Shown piece by piece: positions 25,472 to 38,028 of a stretch of 64,000 nt of DNA. The position numbers were made by a program, and so were the translations under genes. The DNA lies in NCBI GenBank assembly GCA_051362555.1, contig CM120648.1, positions 20,022,587-20,086,586 of the forward strand, in the 5' to 3' direction. Origin of the DNA: Lingula anatina. Its lineage: Eukaryota; Animalia; Brachiopoda. The notes under the pieces are model-generated. The model saw only the letters and a list, made by a program, of their open reading frames with translations, did no database searches and was not told where the DNA came from. How positions within the stretch are numbered: position 1 is the stretch's first letter; each line of letters starts with the position of its first letter.

Positions 25472-28400
25472 CGGTAAAGTGCCATGAATTTCGAACGGCT
25501 CTTGAATTTCGAACGATCTTAAAATCGGCCGTCTGGAGTTTTTTCTGGACCATGAATTTCGGCCAGTAAGCAATTTTGCGCGATCTTGATTTCGTGAATT
25601 TCATACACCTTAAAATCGGCCACCGGGCTATTCTCGCGCTTATAAAGATCTAACAGTCGGCAATGTTGCCCAAGCGTACCTTTACCTGAGTACTACGTGT
25701 GCGGCCCAAGGTGCAAGATAACGATCGGTACAGTTAGTTTAGGACGCTAAACAACATCGTCATATCCATTCATTCAGATAACAGGAGAATCTATTAAGAG
25801 TTGTACTGTCGGGCTGTTGTTTCTTTACCGCAGTATTCGGTGTGAGATAGCGATCGGTAGTTTTGCTGAGGCGCACAATAGCATTGTTAACAGTAGAGAC
25901 TTCAGTAACAGAACAAAAGAGCAATATAAAGAGCTGCAATAAAGACTACCATTATTGCTTTCTTGTCTCGCTCAGATCGTTCACGATCTCCCGTTGCCAA
26001 TCTTCCGCTAATGAAGTCCCTTGAAATGTACAAATGAAATGAAAAATATTTTTAAAAATTATAAATTCCAATGGGGAGGGATGGAGGGTTAAAAACAATC
26101 GAGAACGATCTCCGGCTGACGATCTTCAGCAAACGAAAGCCACTGAACGAGTATGAGCTTTCTCGTTTCACTCGGATTGCGACGCTGACTGTTCGAAAAT
26201 TGCGTTCTCGTCTCGCTCTTTGGCTTACGAAGTCTCTTTAACAAATATGAAAATTGCCTCCTGGTCTCTCTCGGCTTGCGAACGATCTCTCGCTGAAAAT
26301 TTGAAATTTTCCTTTTTGTCAATCAGCTTTGTCAGTTGTCGTGCGTATGAAAGTCCGGTAGGTGTCCCCTTTCACAAATTGGCCTGTAGTTTGCTTCGTG
26401 TTTTGTACCGCATGCAGGTCACTCTTGTCTCTGCTGCATACGGCGTGGAATGTGTATCTTAAAGTTCATAGAAACATTTTATTGTGTTTTGTAAGCTTTT
26501 GGAAGTAGTTTCGTCGTGACTGAATATCAGCGTACACTACAAAGTACCGGTAGTACCATTCATCTGTGACGCATCATAAAAGCTAGGTACGTCAAATTAC
26601 TCTAAGAAAATTTCTTACAACGTCCACGGCTGTCCCGACAAGCCAAGACGTCATTAAAAAAAAGTCGCAAGCCGTCTAGCCGTCTTTGAATATATAGGCC
26701 GTCCGGTGATGTCAGTGGCCGTCCAAATGACGGCTGGACGGTTCGCTGGGAAAAGCCTTGCTCATAAGGGTATATTTATTTAACTACGGGCTTACTGACA
26801 TCACCCAGCTTACTTGCGGGTGCATGTCTCCCAAAATTATATTAAAGGATAAAATTGTAATATATCGAAGTTTAATTGTTTGTAAATTTTGTAAAAATTG
26901 CCCATGCCACCCCGTTAGTTTGGAGGGTTAAGCTGGATCAAGTCCGTGTCAAAATTCTTTGAAACTTTGCAGGAAAAATCAATCTTCCTTTGTTTCTCTG
27001 GCTCCTTGTTTAGCCCGATGATCATATTTATCTACATGTAGTGCCCCCAGGTCTGCTGGAGCAGCTCTTTGAAAATAACACACAGGTAGATTTTTATCTA
27101 AGATAAATATCGCGTTCGATACATTCAAGACAAAAGCTACCTGTGAGCTGAAGGGCACTTTATCCTCTAATTAAGAGGTAAAGCAAGTTCCAGCTAGATG
27201 GACGATTAAGATCGGACTTCAGATGGTAACTAGTATTGTTTACCTCAGTTCTGTGAAAGCAAACGAGAAGGGTGTCAGAACAATGGTGCGTATATAAATT
27301 ATACAGAGAATTTGTACATTCAGGTGACGTTTACTTATAATCGAAGGGGATTTTCGATAATATTCCTTGAAAAGTACACTAGATTTATAGAGAATAATAT
27401 CATGGTTGGCCAAAAAATTATATACGCACAGTGTATCCGTGCGTATGCCTGGTTACGCCCTTGTCGCAAACCAGCAAACCATATCCTGCTGACTACATGA
27501 AAATTGCCTTCTAGCACGGACAAAAAGTCCAAGCTTCTATGCTTGCTCGAATCGCTGACGATCTCTTGCTGACGAATATAGTAACGAAGTCCCTTGAACT
27601 AGTGTGGAAATTGGCTTATTGTCGCGCTCAAATCTTCGATTTAACGAATATAAAAACTGCCTTTTCGGTTTACTCTAGATTACCTATCTCTCGCGTTTGT
27701 TTGAAGATGGTTTCAATGACAAAACGTACACGTTTTTCAAATGCGTACATTGACGCAACTATGCGCCAGGAAATCAGTTGCTGCTTCTGGTTAAGATTGG
27801 GTTGCCTGAGCGAAAAAAAAAAACGGCCCTGCATCCCCCCCCCAAATCTAGTATATTTGATCGCAGACAACAATCAGCGGTCATCTTGGTCGCAGCGCAC
27901 GACGGAGAGAGACCGTAATACACAGTTCGGCTGCCGTGGCGAAGGCTACCTGTGCGCCGCACATACCGATCTGCGGTCGTAGTGGCCTCCCCGCACGGAG
28001 GAGAGGCCGTAGTGCCGAGGCTTCTGCAGGGAAGGCTACGTATGCGTCGGAGACACTGACCCGCGAACGGCGAGATGAGGACGCATTCGCGCGTTAAGCT
28101 CCGCCCGACTTTAACGGTAAAAGCAACGAACCTGGTCGCGGAAGACACTTATCGCAGATGAAGGCTACCTGCACGTGCGCCACAGACACTGATCGGCTGT
28201 CGTCTCGGTTTCAGTGCACAGAAAGGAGCAACGGTAACACTAAGCTTTCATAGTAAAGGTTATCTGGCCGTGGCAGACGCTAATCATCGGCCGTCTCTCC
28301 CTCCGTCCACTCCCGTTCTGAGCGCCAGGATCGTTTTTGAAAAACGACACTAGTTTCTGGCTGCCAGAATCGCTTTTGAAAAACGACACTACTGATAACG

Positions 28401-28719
28401 ATGCTGTTTGCGGCCCTAGACAACAGTACCGCTCTATCTATGGGCCATACACAGTGATCGGGTGAAAGTACGTGTATACCTTTGGTCGCAATTAACGACA
28501 CTCACACATCATACATTATGGTAACTCTAAATAGATCGTCGGGAGAAGATAACAGAAGGCCTAGCGACGAACAGACAACTTCCGGTCAAAATTGACAGAA
28601 TTCCATGAAATTCGAACTTTTGGAAGTTCTGAGCCCCTCCATTTCATGAATTTCGGCCAGAACGATCTTTTCCCAAATTTAATTATTTTCTACTGTTCGA
28701 AATTCATGGCACATTACCG
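25472..28719. mobile_element. 3.2-kb non-autonomous TA-target DNA transposon (Tc1/mariner/pogo-like)
   Basis: TIR CGGTAAAGTGCCATGAATTTCGAAC / GTTCGAAATTCATGGCACATTACCG (1 mismatch), flanked by TA on both sides; subterminal CATGAATTTCG repeats at both ends; no transposase ORF seen. Confidence 0.85.
26895..27252 (-). repeat. Interspersed repeat, inverted copy of the family at 32531-32757 and 33281-33595 (fragment also at ~37085-37160)
   Basis: TAGTGCCCCCAGGTCTGCTGGAGC..CTCTTTGAAAATAAC..ACAGGTAGA is the reverse complement of 32704-32757; AAGCTGGATCAAGTCCGTG is the reverse complement of 33538-33556. Confidence 0.75.
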
Positions 28720-29204
28720 TAATCCCTGAACTTCTTGTCCATATGTCAGTGAAGAACAACTTAAATCTCACAACAGAACAGTCCAATTCTTCATATTCTT
28801 CATCTTGTAGCTGTTCATGAAAGCTTAGATATACCTAACTTCTCAAATGTACTTTGTCAAGTTTCTTGATGTCTTACCACTTCTAGATTCAAAGACATTT
28901 CATCACCAGTTTGTTGTTAACACACACAAATAAATTAAATGTTGAAGTACTTTGGATGATACCTTATTTTCCTGACTTTGTGGATTGTTGATTGCAAATA
29001 AAACTAGCAGACGACCATTTTTCATGAAATGGAACTACTTTTCACAGGAAGTAGTGTATTCATACACAACAGTGACCTTGGGTTTGGAATACAAAAAATA
29101 GTACATGCATTCATACTGTCACAGCATGCAAATTATAATGAAATATACAAAACTAAACACATTTTTATGTAACACAAAAAGTTAAATGCATTTTTATTTA
29201 TTTA

Positions 29205-29235
<31 letters not shown>

Positions 29236-30349
29236 CTGGATAAAAATGTTGATGAAATGGTTTTGACCACCTTTTTGGACTTTTTAAACTTCATGCTGAT
29301 GGACCCTCATATTTATGTCAAAGGCCCAGACCAAATCTAGTCCCATGCATAAAAAGCCCAGACCCCATGTTTATTACGCCCTGGCTGGGCCCATTCTTTA
29401 TGGTGTTTGTTTTGTTAACAGCATAGTGGGCAAGTTAATTGACCAAGTTACTTGGCCAAGCTGCCAGTTTGTTTGTATGGCATGTGCGGGGGATGTCTTA
29501 TAGAATAATAAAATCAGACAGAATATGCTGTGATTCCTAAATAAAATAGATGGGGGGGGGGGGGGGGGGGGGTAGGAGACACCAAGGGGCTCATGATTAT
29601 AAATGCCATTGCATTAATAATAATGGTTACATATGCACAACTCCTTTCTTATGTTTGAGTCATAACATGGTAAATTCATCTTATTATCACGTAGGTGTAA
29701 TATTTGGCCTTATCAAATATGTTTTTCATCGCATTAACAAAAATAAGTAAAATGTGTACAAAAGCTTGTTTCAGCAAAATGGTTTAAAATAATTTTTACT
29801 CAGAACATATCTTAAGAAGAACCTGCTAGGGGAGAAGACATATATGTTGTGGGAATTATACACCAATATCATATTCACCATAAATCATTGACATAAAGAG
29901 CTAGTGTATCATATTTATGACCTAAGTTGAAAATGACCCATCGTAACAGCTAGAAATAGGTACTTTTTGGACACATAATTGGCCATGTTTTTGTAAATTG
30001 TAGTCGGATTATTATAATTCTTTTTTTATTTTGCTCCTATGAACAGTGTCTTTGATATCAGTCTATCAGCAATCTCTAATCATAAATTGTTAATTTATCA
30101 GACACTTGTAACATTAACCACATTTAATTGTTCACCCTGATTGTGAAACAGACGCCTGCTCCAAATGTACTTGGTCTTCTCCAAATTTAAAAAAAAATCT
30201 GGATGTTGATAAAATTTATTCTGAACAGTCTATAAGTCAGGCAGATTCAGTACAATGGCATATGTATTTGTAGGTTGATAACTTATTAACTAAAGAAAAA
30301 AAAAACTTCATGTAATAATCATAATAGTGATACATGATACATGTATGAT

Positions 30350-30604
30350 GATACATTTCACCACATTATGATGCAAACACCATCAAATGGAAACAAAAAT
30401 AAACTTGTTATTAAACCAACTCAACAAATGTTTGTGCCAAGCAGATATTTAGCATTGTACAATGTACATGTATTTCTGATACATTTCACCACATTATGAT
30501 GCAAACACCATCAAATGGAAACAAAAATAAACTTATTATTAAACCAACTCAACAAATGTTTGTGCCAAGCAGATATTTAGCATTGTACAATGTACATGTA
30601 TTTC
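30350..30604. repeat. Near-perfect tandem duplication, 2 x 128 bp
   Basis: GATACATTTCACCACATTATGATGC...GTACATGTATTTC at 30350 and 30478. Confidence 0.93.
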
Positions 30605-32530
30605 AGGAACTGCTCAGAATTATGCTGATTGCCATTTCAAGTCTTAATTAAACAAACATCAATGTCGCCTACAAAACTGATACAAATGCACCATATATCT
30701 CTTGCTATATGAAATACTTGTTGAAATGATGTTTTCAATAGAACTTATATTTTGTTTCATTTTCTTATTTAATCATGAGAAAAACATTCTAAAATGTTTA
30801 ATCCCATTTCTTAGTATTATCATTATGCTTCACATATATATCAAGGCTGTTGCAATGTTTTTTTAACTAGTAAACAAAATCTCTTACACTACTGCAGCAG
30901 ATATCACCTACTAGCTATAATTTTTACATCTGATGGTTTTTAGAAGTTACTGTCCCTGTGATTCATCAGCTAATATTGTTTTTTTTTTTTTTTGAATAAG
31001 TCATATTGTGTAATATTATTCTGTGGCAGGTGCCATTTTTTTAAAAAATGTTCTTGAAACTAAGGAATTTTGTTTTTGTAGGCCAATATCCTAAACAATT
31101 AAGCGATTAATATGAAAAGAAATCCAGGGAGGGGTTTCAAAATAACAATTAATGTCGATAAATATGGCCCCAAATGTTTTAATGACTGTTAGTACACAGG
31201 TATAACCAAAAGATTTGTACCATGCTTTGGTTATTGACTCTAAGAAATTTAAAGTGAAAAATGCAGTGGTAAGACAAGTAGTAAGACGTTCCAATTTCAA
31301 TAAAAAGAAGGGGATTTTTAAAGCTAAAATTTATTTACATACTGAATAAAGTTATTATAAAGATATAAAATCTCAAAAATAGAGGTAAGTATGATCAATA
31401 TAAAAACTAAAAAAATAAGGTTAATATTCTGATTATATATATTCACAAAAACTAATACAGGACATTTACAACACAATGAGAGACAAAGACACCTTCCAAC
31501 TGCCATTCACACACTGAAGTTCTTACAAATGTGGGTTAAAAATTCATGTATAATTTTTTAAAATAAAAGAATCTCAGTACACAGTTACAAAAAACTTGTC
31601 GAGACTTGATTGATCCAGCAGATGGCAGGCTGCTTGATATCCTAGCTGGCCAAAAGGTTAAACAAACATACTTTACTACAGTTGAATAGCCAAATGGAGC
31701 TTTTGTACCCCTTTGGGACTCCTTCCACAACTGTGGCATAAATGAATTGGATCTAACTCTCACAGTCATCTTGTTAAGAATATCACAACACTGAACCCAA
31801 AAGCCAGGTGGGACAATCCAACATTAACTGACAAGTCTATAAAAGTCCAGATAGGCAGAGTGAAGAAATACCGCAATATTTACATCTCCTATGCGGGAGC
31901 TGGTCTCACAGATCTATACAGAATTCCAGACCAGCTTTACAGAATTGAAATGTTTGTTGTTATCTCTGTCCCCACTCTACACCAGTGACAACTACAACAA
32001 GTTACTGCTTGTTCTACTTTATGCAGCAGGTAAGATGTGTACAAAGATAGCGTTTAGTTATGAAAAAGTACACATTTTGTTAGTGGAATTCAAAAGAAAA
32101 CATAATATTGATAATAGAAATTAAGTTCATAAATAATTTATTCACCTCTGTTTGTTTGTCACCAGCGTAACACATGAAGGATATTGTCACTTTTCCCCAA
32201 AAACTCTTTATTTGCTGCCTTACATACACTTTCTTGGGAAATATATAAAACGTCAATGTTCAGCGACTAAATAAATTAACATGTACACCTACAGGTACAA
32301 CATCTAACGCATGGGCGTAACTAGGCATAAGCACGGATGCACTGTGCGTACAGTTTTTTGGGCAACCATGATATTGAATTATTTCATAGAAATTTAGTGT
32401 AGTTTTCACTGAATATAATGAAAAATCCTCTGCGAGTTAAAGTCACCTGTGTGTACATACCCTCTGTGTCAATTGTATGTATACGCATTGTACACCATTG
32501 TTCTGACACCCCATCATGCATACTTTTATT

Positions 32531-33600
32531 GAACTGAGGTAAACAATGCCTGTTACCTTTACAAGTCCTATCTTAATCTTCCATCTAACTGGAACTTCCT
32601 TTACCTCTTAATTGGAGTGTTAAGTGGCCTTTAACCCTCCTGTAGCCTTTGTCTTCAGAGTATCGAACGCACTCTCACTGGCGATATTTATCTCAGGAAA
32701 AAGTCTACCTGTGCGTTATTTTCAAAGAGCAGCTCCAGCAGACCTGGGGGCACTAGATTAAAGGATTTGCTTCATACCGTCAGAATGGCCTCAACGGAAC
32801 ATATTCTTCAGAAAACATGCCCAACTAACGATATCTTTATCCAAATACACAAATTAAAAGCTCATTTTGTAAAATTTTGGCTTTAAAAAACGTCCTATTT
32901 GCTCGGCCTGGGAGTTAATGAGCTACGTGGTCACGTGGTCCGATGATGACAATCGAGCCACTGGAGAACAGAGCGTGCTTAGCTGTCAAACTGAGCTGCA
33001 TTGTCTACCTGTAAGATGACTTCTCTGGCTTCTGATAAAAGTTAATACTCATTCAAATCTCTTACCCGAGGGATCTAAATCCTCATGAAGCTGTGTAAAA
33101 CCATTCCCGTCTAGTCAATTCTTTAACGAGCATTTAATTATGGTTATCCCAAGTTGTATAAAACACTGCATTTGAATGAGTAAAGGGTACTGTGGATTAT
33201 TGCATATGAGGGCCATGTTATTTGTGAAATTCAATAAATTTTATTAAACCGCTGACACTCCGTCTTGGATACTTTTCTTAAACTGAGGTAAACGATGCCC
33301 GTAACCTTTACAAGTCCCATCTTAATCATCCATCTAACTGGAACTTCCTTTACCTCTTAATTAGAGGGTTAAATGGCTGGCGATATTTATCTCAGGTAAA
33401 AATCTACCTGTGCTTTAGTTTCAAAGAGCAACTCCCGCAGACCTGGGGGTACTAGATAAAATCTGAACACCGGATTTATTGAGGAGCTAGAGAAACAAAG
33501 GAAGAATTTTTCCTGCACAGCTTCATAGGAATTTTAGCACGGACTTGATCCAGCTTAGACCTTCTAATTAACAGGGTGACATGGGCAATTTTCAAATACA
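32531..33600 (+). repeat. Two copies of an interspersed repeat (32531-32757, 33281-33595)
   Basis: AACTGAGGTAAAC..TGCC.GT.ACCTTTACAAGTCC.ATCTTAATC.TCCATCTAACTGGAACTTCCTTTACCTCTTAATT in both. Confidence 0.8.
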
Positions 33601-36600
33601 AAATAAACAAATAATAAAACTATATTTCAGTTAGCCTCCTCTTAAATAAATATACCGTTCTGGATAAATTAGAACATTTATGAAATCGACAGAAAATTTT
33701 TGACTTAAATGATGATTTTATTATTAATGGAAATTAAGCTACTATATGGGACACATTTGCTGAGATTACGCTGTTCTTGATGTTTTGCGTTAGTCTACAT
33801 TTTGCTGTGCGTGCTTGGAATTTTTTAATTTTTTATACTCACGTATGTAAAACTGCACATTTAGTAAACATTCAAGTAATGATTTTTCCCATGCTACTTA
33901 TAGCAAACAAAGCATACAAATTTGCAAAAAGTTTTGTGTACAGACGCAGAACTTGTATTTCAAGGTATAGAATGATAAATCTTTTAAATTATTTTATACT
34001 TCAGATGAAATAACATTCAGAAACAAATCCTCAAAGCATAAACGAATTAGGATTACGAACCATTTTAGTACATAAGTTCCTATTTTTTTCTTTAATATAC
34101 CGCTCTTTTTTTCTGTTTGTTCTTCAACACGTTTTCTTCCACGGAAGTAATGCCTGGGCATACGCATGCTTCAAGTTACCCTGAGAGCAATTACTTTTAT
34201 TAATGTTCGCGACGGTGTTTGAACTCAATTGTTTAACAGTCATTCTTTGCTAGTGGTGCACTGCAGGGGGGCCATAACAAGAATGTTATTTAAATTTAGA
34301 TAGCCAACCAAATTCTCATGACATCGTTGTGTATGTTTCAATAACAAATCAAAGAAGCTGCATGAGCAAGGAGGATGCTGTTATAAAAGCAAAATAAGAG
34401 AAAAAGCAGAAAATATATCGAAATTACCCTCAAAATGGCGTCCTTTTTTGTGGAATTTCGACCCTACCTCTATTTAGGAACAGTTTGTTTAGGGTTTGAA
34501 TGAATTATTGAAGCGGGGAATACACCTACTGCAAGAAGATATAATAAACAGAATGTGCAAATGGTTATTTAAATAAAAATTTATTTGAAGTGACTGAAAA
34601 ATGATCACAAAATTAGCTTAACTTACGATACATGCGGTGTCCCACCCCGATGAAAATTTCATCTAATCCTATCTTTTTGTATTAAAACTGTTCAATCGTC
34701 CAAAGTAGTATGTCGGTTAGTTTGTGTCAAGAAATCCATGATAATATCAGTTTTCTTAAGAATTTCACATTTATTGCTCAGCAAGATCAATTTTTCTTCA
34801 CCGCGTCCCAATATAACGTTCGCAACGGTGAAACTTCAGAGATCGATTCTTATCAGACGACTTTAAAATGCCGCGTGAAAATTATACATCGATAGCGATC
34901 TTCTTCCATACTCACTAACTGATGACGTCTACACACGAATGGCTTCTTTTGCACACTAAAAAAACCAGCTCAAACTGGCGGGTGGTCCATTCTGATAACA
35001 TATCACGCAATGACGCTGTCGAGATAGGATGCAGGGCACAGGTGTAATTCCCTTGATTTAACCGTCACAGGATTGTTTATTGGGATCTTCTTTGTATGAA
35101 GGTGAGAAATAATGAGTTTCGTTTCATTTTTCTTCAATTGTTTCAACATATTTGTGTACCGATTGATTTTTACCATTCTATAAGTAGGGTGACTTCGTCT
35201 GAACTTTCGTTTTGCGTCTGTGTCACATGGGGGACTTAAGGTCATATTGAACATGGTGAAGCGGTGATACCGTATTCATGTTCTCTTGTTCTCGAAAACT
35301 CAATCATCGAAATTGAATTACTTTTTTTAAGTTTTGTCTTAAATTAAGCGGCTACACTGTATTCCGTGCGTTTAAAATTTAACCGTCTGTAAAAACAGCA
35401 ATACTGGATTACTAGCAACACCTACGTTACGCAATGAAGCACCGAAAATGGGTGAAGAAAATGTGTCTCAGTAATGCGTGTTTGCCACTCATAATGCACT
35501 GCACTTTGTTTGAATAAGCAATAAACTATTTGTGATCTTAGGTTATCCATTGTTCGTTATCAGAGTTAACAGATTCTTTGTGTGATTTTTTTTCAGAATC
35601 CCAAGAGTGGATGCCTTAGTGAGCACAGAACAGATATCACCATTGGTCTACATATGTCAGGAAGAATGTTATAATTATGAACTTTGTGTTACACTGAACT
35701 TCATTTTGTTAAATTTTGTATTTAACTGAACTTTATTGTGTTAAAATAATAATAAAAAAATAATAATTCTGATAAAAAACTACAATCTGGAACATTCTTT
35801 AGATCAACTTTGTTCAGTGTGTGTCCCATATGACAGAGTTACAGTAAATAAAATATGTGCATTATTCCTCTGTGTTTGTCAATTCCATTTTAAAAGCATG
35901 TGAAAGTGGTGTGCCCCTCATGATTGAAGTGTGTATGGATAATAGCAAAAATATTGTTATTATTTACATGAGTATAAAAAGTTTTTGTACCCGCGTCAAT
36001 AATGTTACCGTGACCCACATATTCACCATTTTTATTAATTATGAAATGTGGATTAAATTCTTCAAAACCAGTTTTGAAGCATTGAGACAACACCCCCTTA
36101 TGATTTAAACTAAAACTGAAAACATTCCATTAGACTTTCATTAGTTTGTGCAAAATATATTACCCAGGGTAACGCGTCTTGGATTTGGTGGGTATAGCTG
36201 TTCAACTCTCCTGTGTGCCCTAAAAAGGGCAGCTGCTGTTTCCCTTTTTATGAAATGATAAACTGTGATGGTGTAGCTATCACATCGCAAAATTACAGCT
36301 TCCCAGAGAAAGTTTGAAATTTTCGGTCAAATTCAACATTTTGTAACCACTAGCAAAGAATGACAGTTAAATATTGATATTAAACGTCATTTACAAATAC
36401 CAATAAAATCACCCCATGAAATAAATGAGATATTTTGAAAAATATGAAAGCCCACCAAGACGATTTTGATACCTGTTATTACCTGGGTTGGGAAGTGCAG
36501 CGGTGCATAATTAACAGGTTTGTTGTAAACGAGCTTTTGGTCAACTACAATGCATTTAAAATGCATCAGCAATCAGTAAGTTTGCCAACTGATGACAGTT

Positions 36601-37170
36601 AATCTGAAAGACTACCAGCTCTTGATATGATCTAAACCACCTGAGGTGACCATGATCTAGAGCATCGCAACTATTGTCACCGAAGTTAGTAAGTCACGGA
36701 AGACCGTCACAGACAAAGAAAGATTGTCAACGAGAGCTGCAATTTTGGTGAATCCCACGGCAACACACCGAGGCATAACGAAAATTCCTCAACTCCGTTC
36801 AACACAACTTTCCTTAACTTCTCCGTCTGTATGCACCATGCAGCTCAGTTGAGTCTCATAGACCTTTATCGTGATTGTCGTCACAGTACCACGTGACCCA
36901 GATCTGTTGCTTCGTTTATGCATATTGAGGTGAGGTTTACTAAAACGCTTTTTGTCTACTAATAGATTGTTTTTATAATTTTTAAATGACGGGGATCGAT
37001 TAAAACATAACTGCAGTGTATAGATTAAGTGCTGGATCTTCAGAATTCGAGAAATGGATTTTTATATGACTATTGTCCTTTAAATCTGGACACCAGGTTT
37101 AATAAGAGGCTAGAGAAGCAAAGGAAGAATTTTTTCCTTCAAAGCTTCATAGGAATATTAACACAGATTT

Positions 37171-37828
37171 CCCAGCAGGCAAATTATGTTGTTTTGACAT
37201 TGAAACAACGTTGAACCATAACGTTGAGTAGACATTGAATAAACGTTGGATTTGAAAGTTGTGTCAACCTCAGATAACAACGTTGTATCAACGTCAGAAA
37301 CCAATGTTATATCAACCCCACCCAGCGGGAAATTAGCCTGGATGTGTTTAGCAGTAGGACATGTTTGATGGCTATATATTATTATTATATATATAAACCT
37401 TGGAAATTTTAACTTAAAGGCCATACATAAATACCCTACATACATTTAGCCATCAAACTTGTCCTACTACTAAACACATACAGGCTAAAAGGGTGTACCA
37501 TGCTTAGGTGCAAAACATGCTTAGGAGCTAGATGCGTGGAAAATATCAGGCAAAGCAGGCACTTGGATGTTTTTACAGTGTACGTTATAATTGTGTACCT
37601 GTGTTTTGTACCAAAAATAAAAACATTTCATGTCATTTTAATGTCTTTTCATCCAAGAATGTTGTCTAACAACTGGGGTTGATACAATGTTATTATGATA
37701 TCTGACGTTGATGCAACATTGATATCTGAGGTTGAGTCAACTTTCAAATCCAATGTTAATGCAATGTATTATCAACGTTATGGTTCAACGTTGTTTCAAT
37801 GTTAAAACAACATAATTTGCCAGCTGGG
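37171..37828. mobile_element. MITE with ~150-bp TIRs (CCCAGC...GCTGGG)
   Basis: 37171-37320 is the reverse complement of ~37675-37828 (GGCAAATTATGTTGTTTT.ACATTGAAACAACGTTGAACCATAACGTTGA); TSD not clear. Confidence 0.85.
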
Positions 37829-38028
37829 TAGTGTTTACTTATGAGCATGTAGACATAATATTAATGGAATTTAAATAAAATATAATATTGATGGTAAGGA
37901 TTTAGTGCACAAGTAATGCATTAACCTCCGTTTGTTTGTCACCAGAGTAACGCAGTAAGTAATCAGTATGGGTGGATTTTGTTGAAATTTTCATGATACA
38001 TCAGAGATGGGTTTCCGTATAAGTTTTT

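Noticed and set aside
27539-28501. GC-rich ORFs inside the TA-target element as a transposase
   Set aside because: No DDE, HTH or other recognisable motif in the listed frames.
31860-32029. Possible extra exon ending GCAG|GTAAGA between the NHL and Staufen blocks
   Set aside because: Good donor but no recognisable domain or convincing acceptor; cannot be supported without transcripts.
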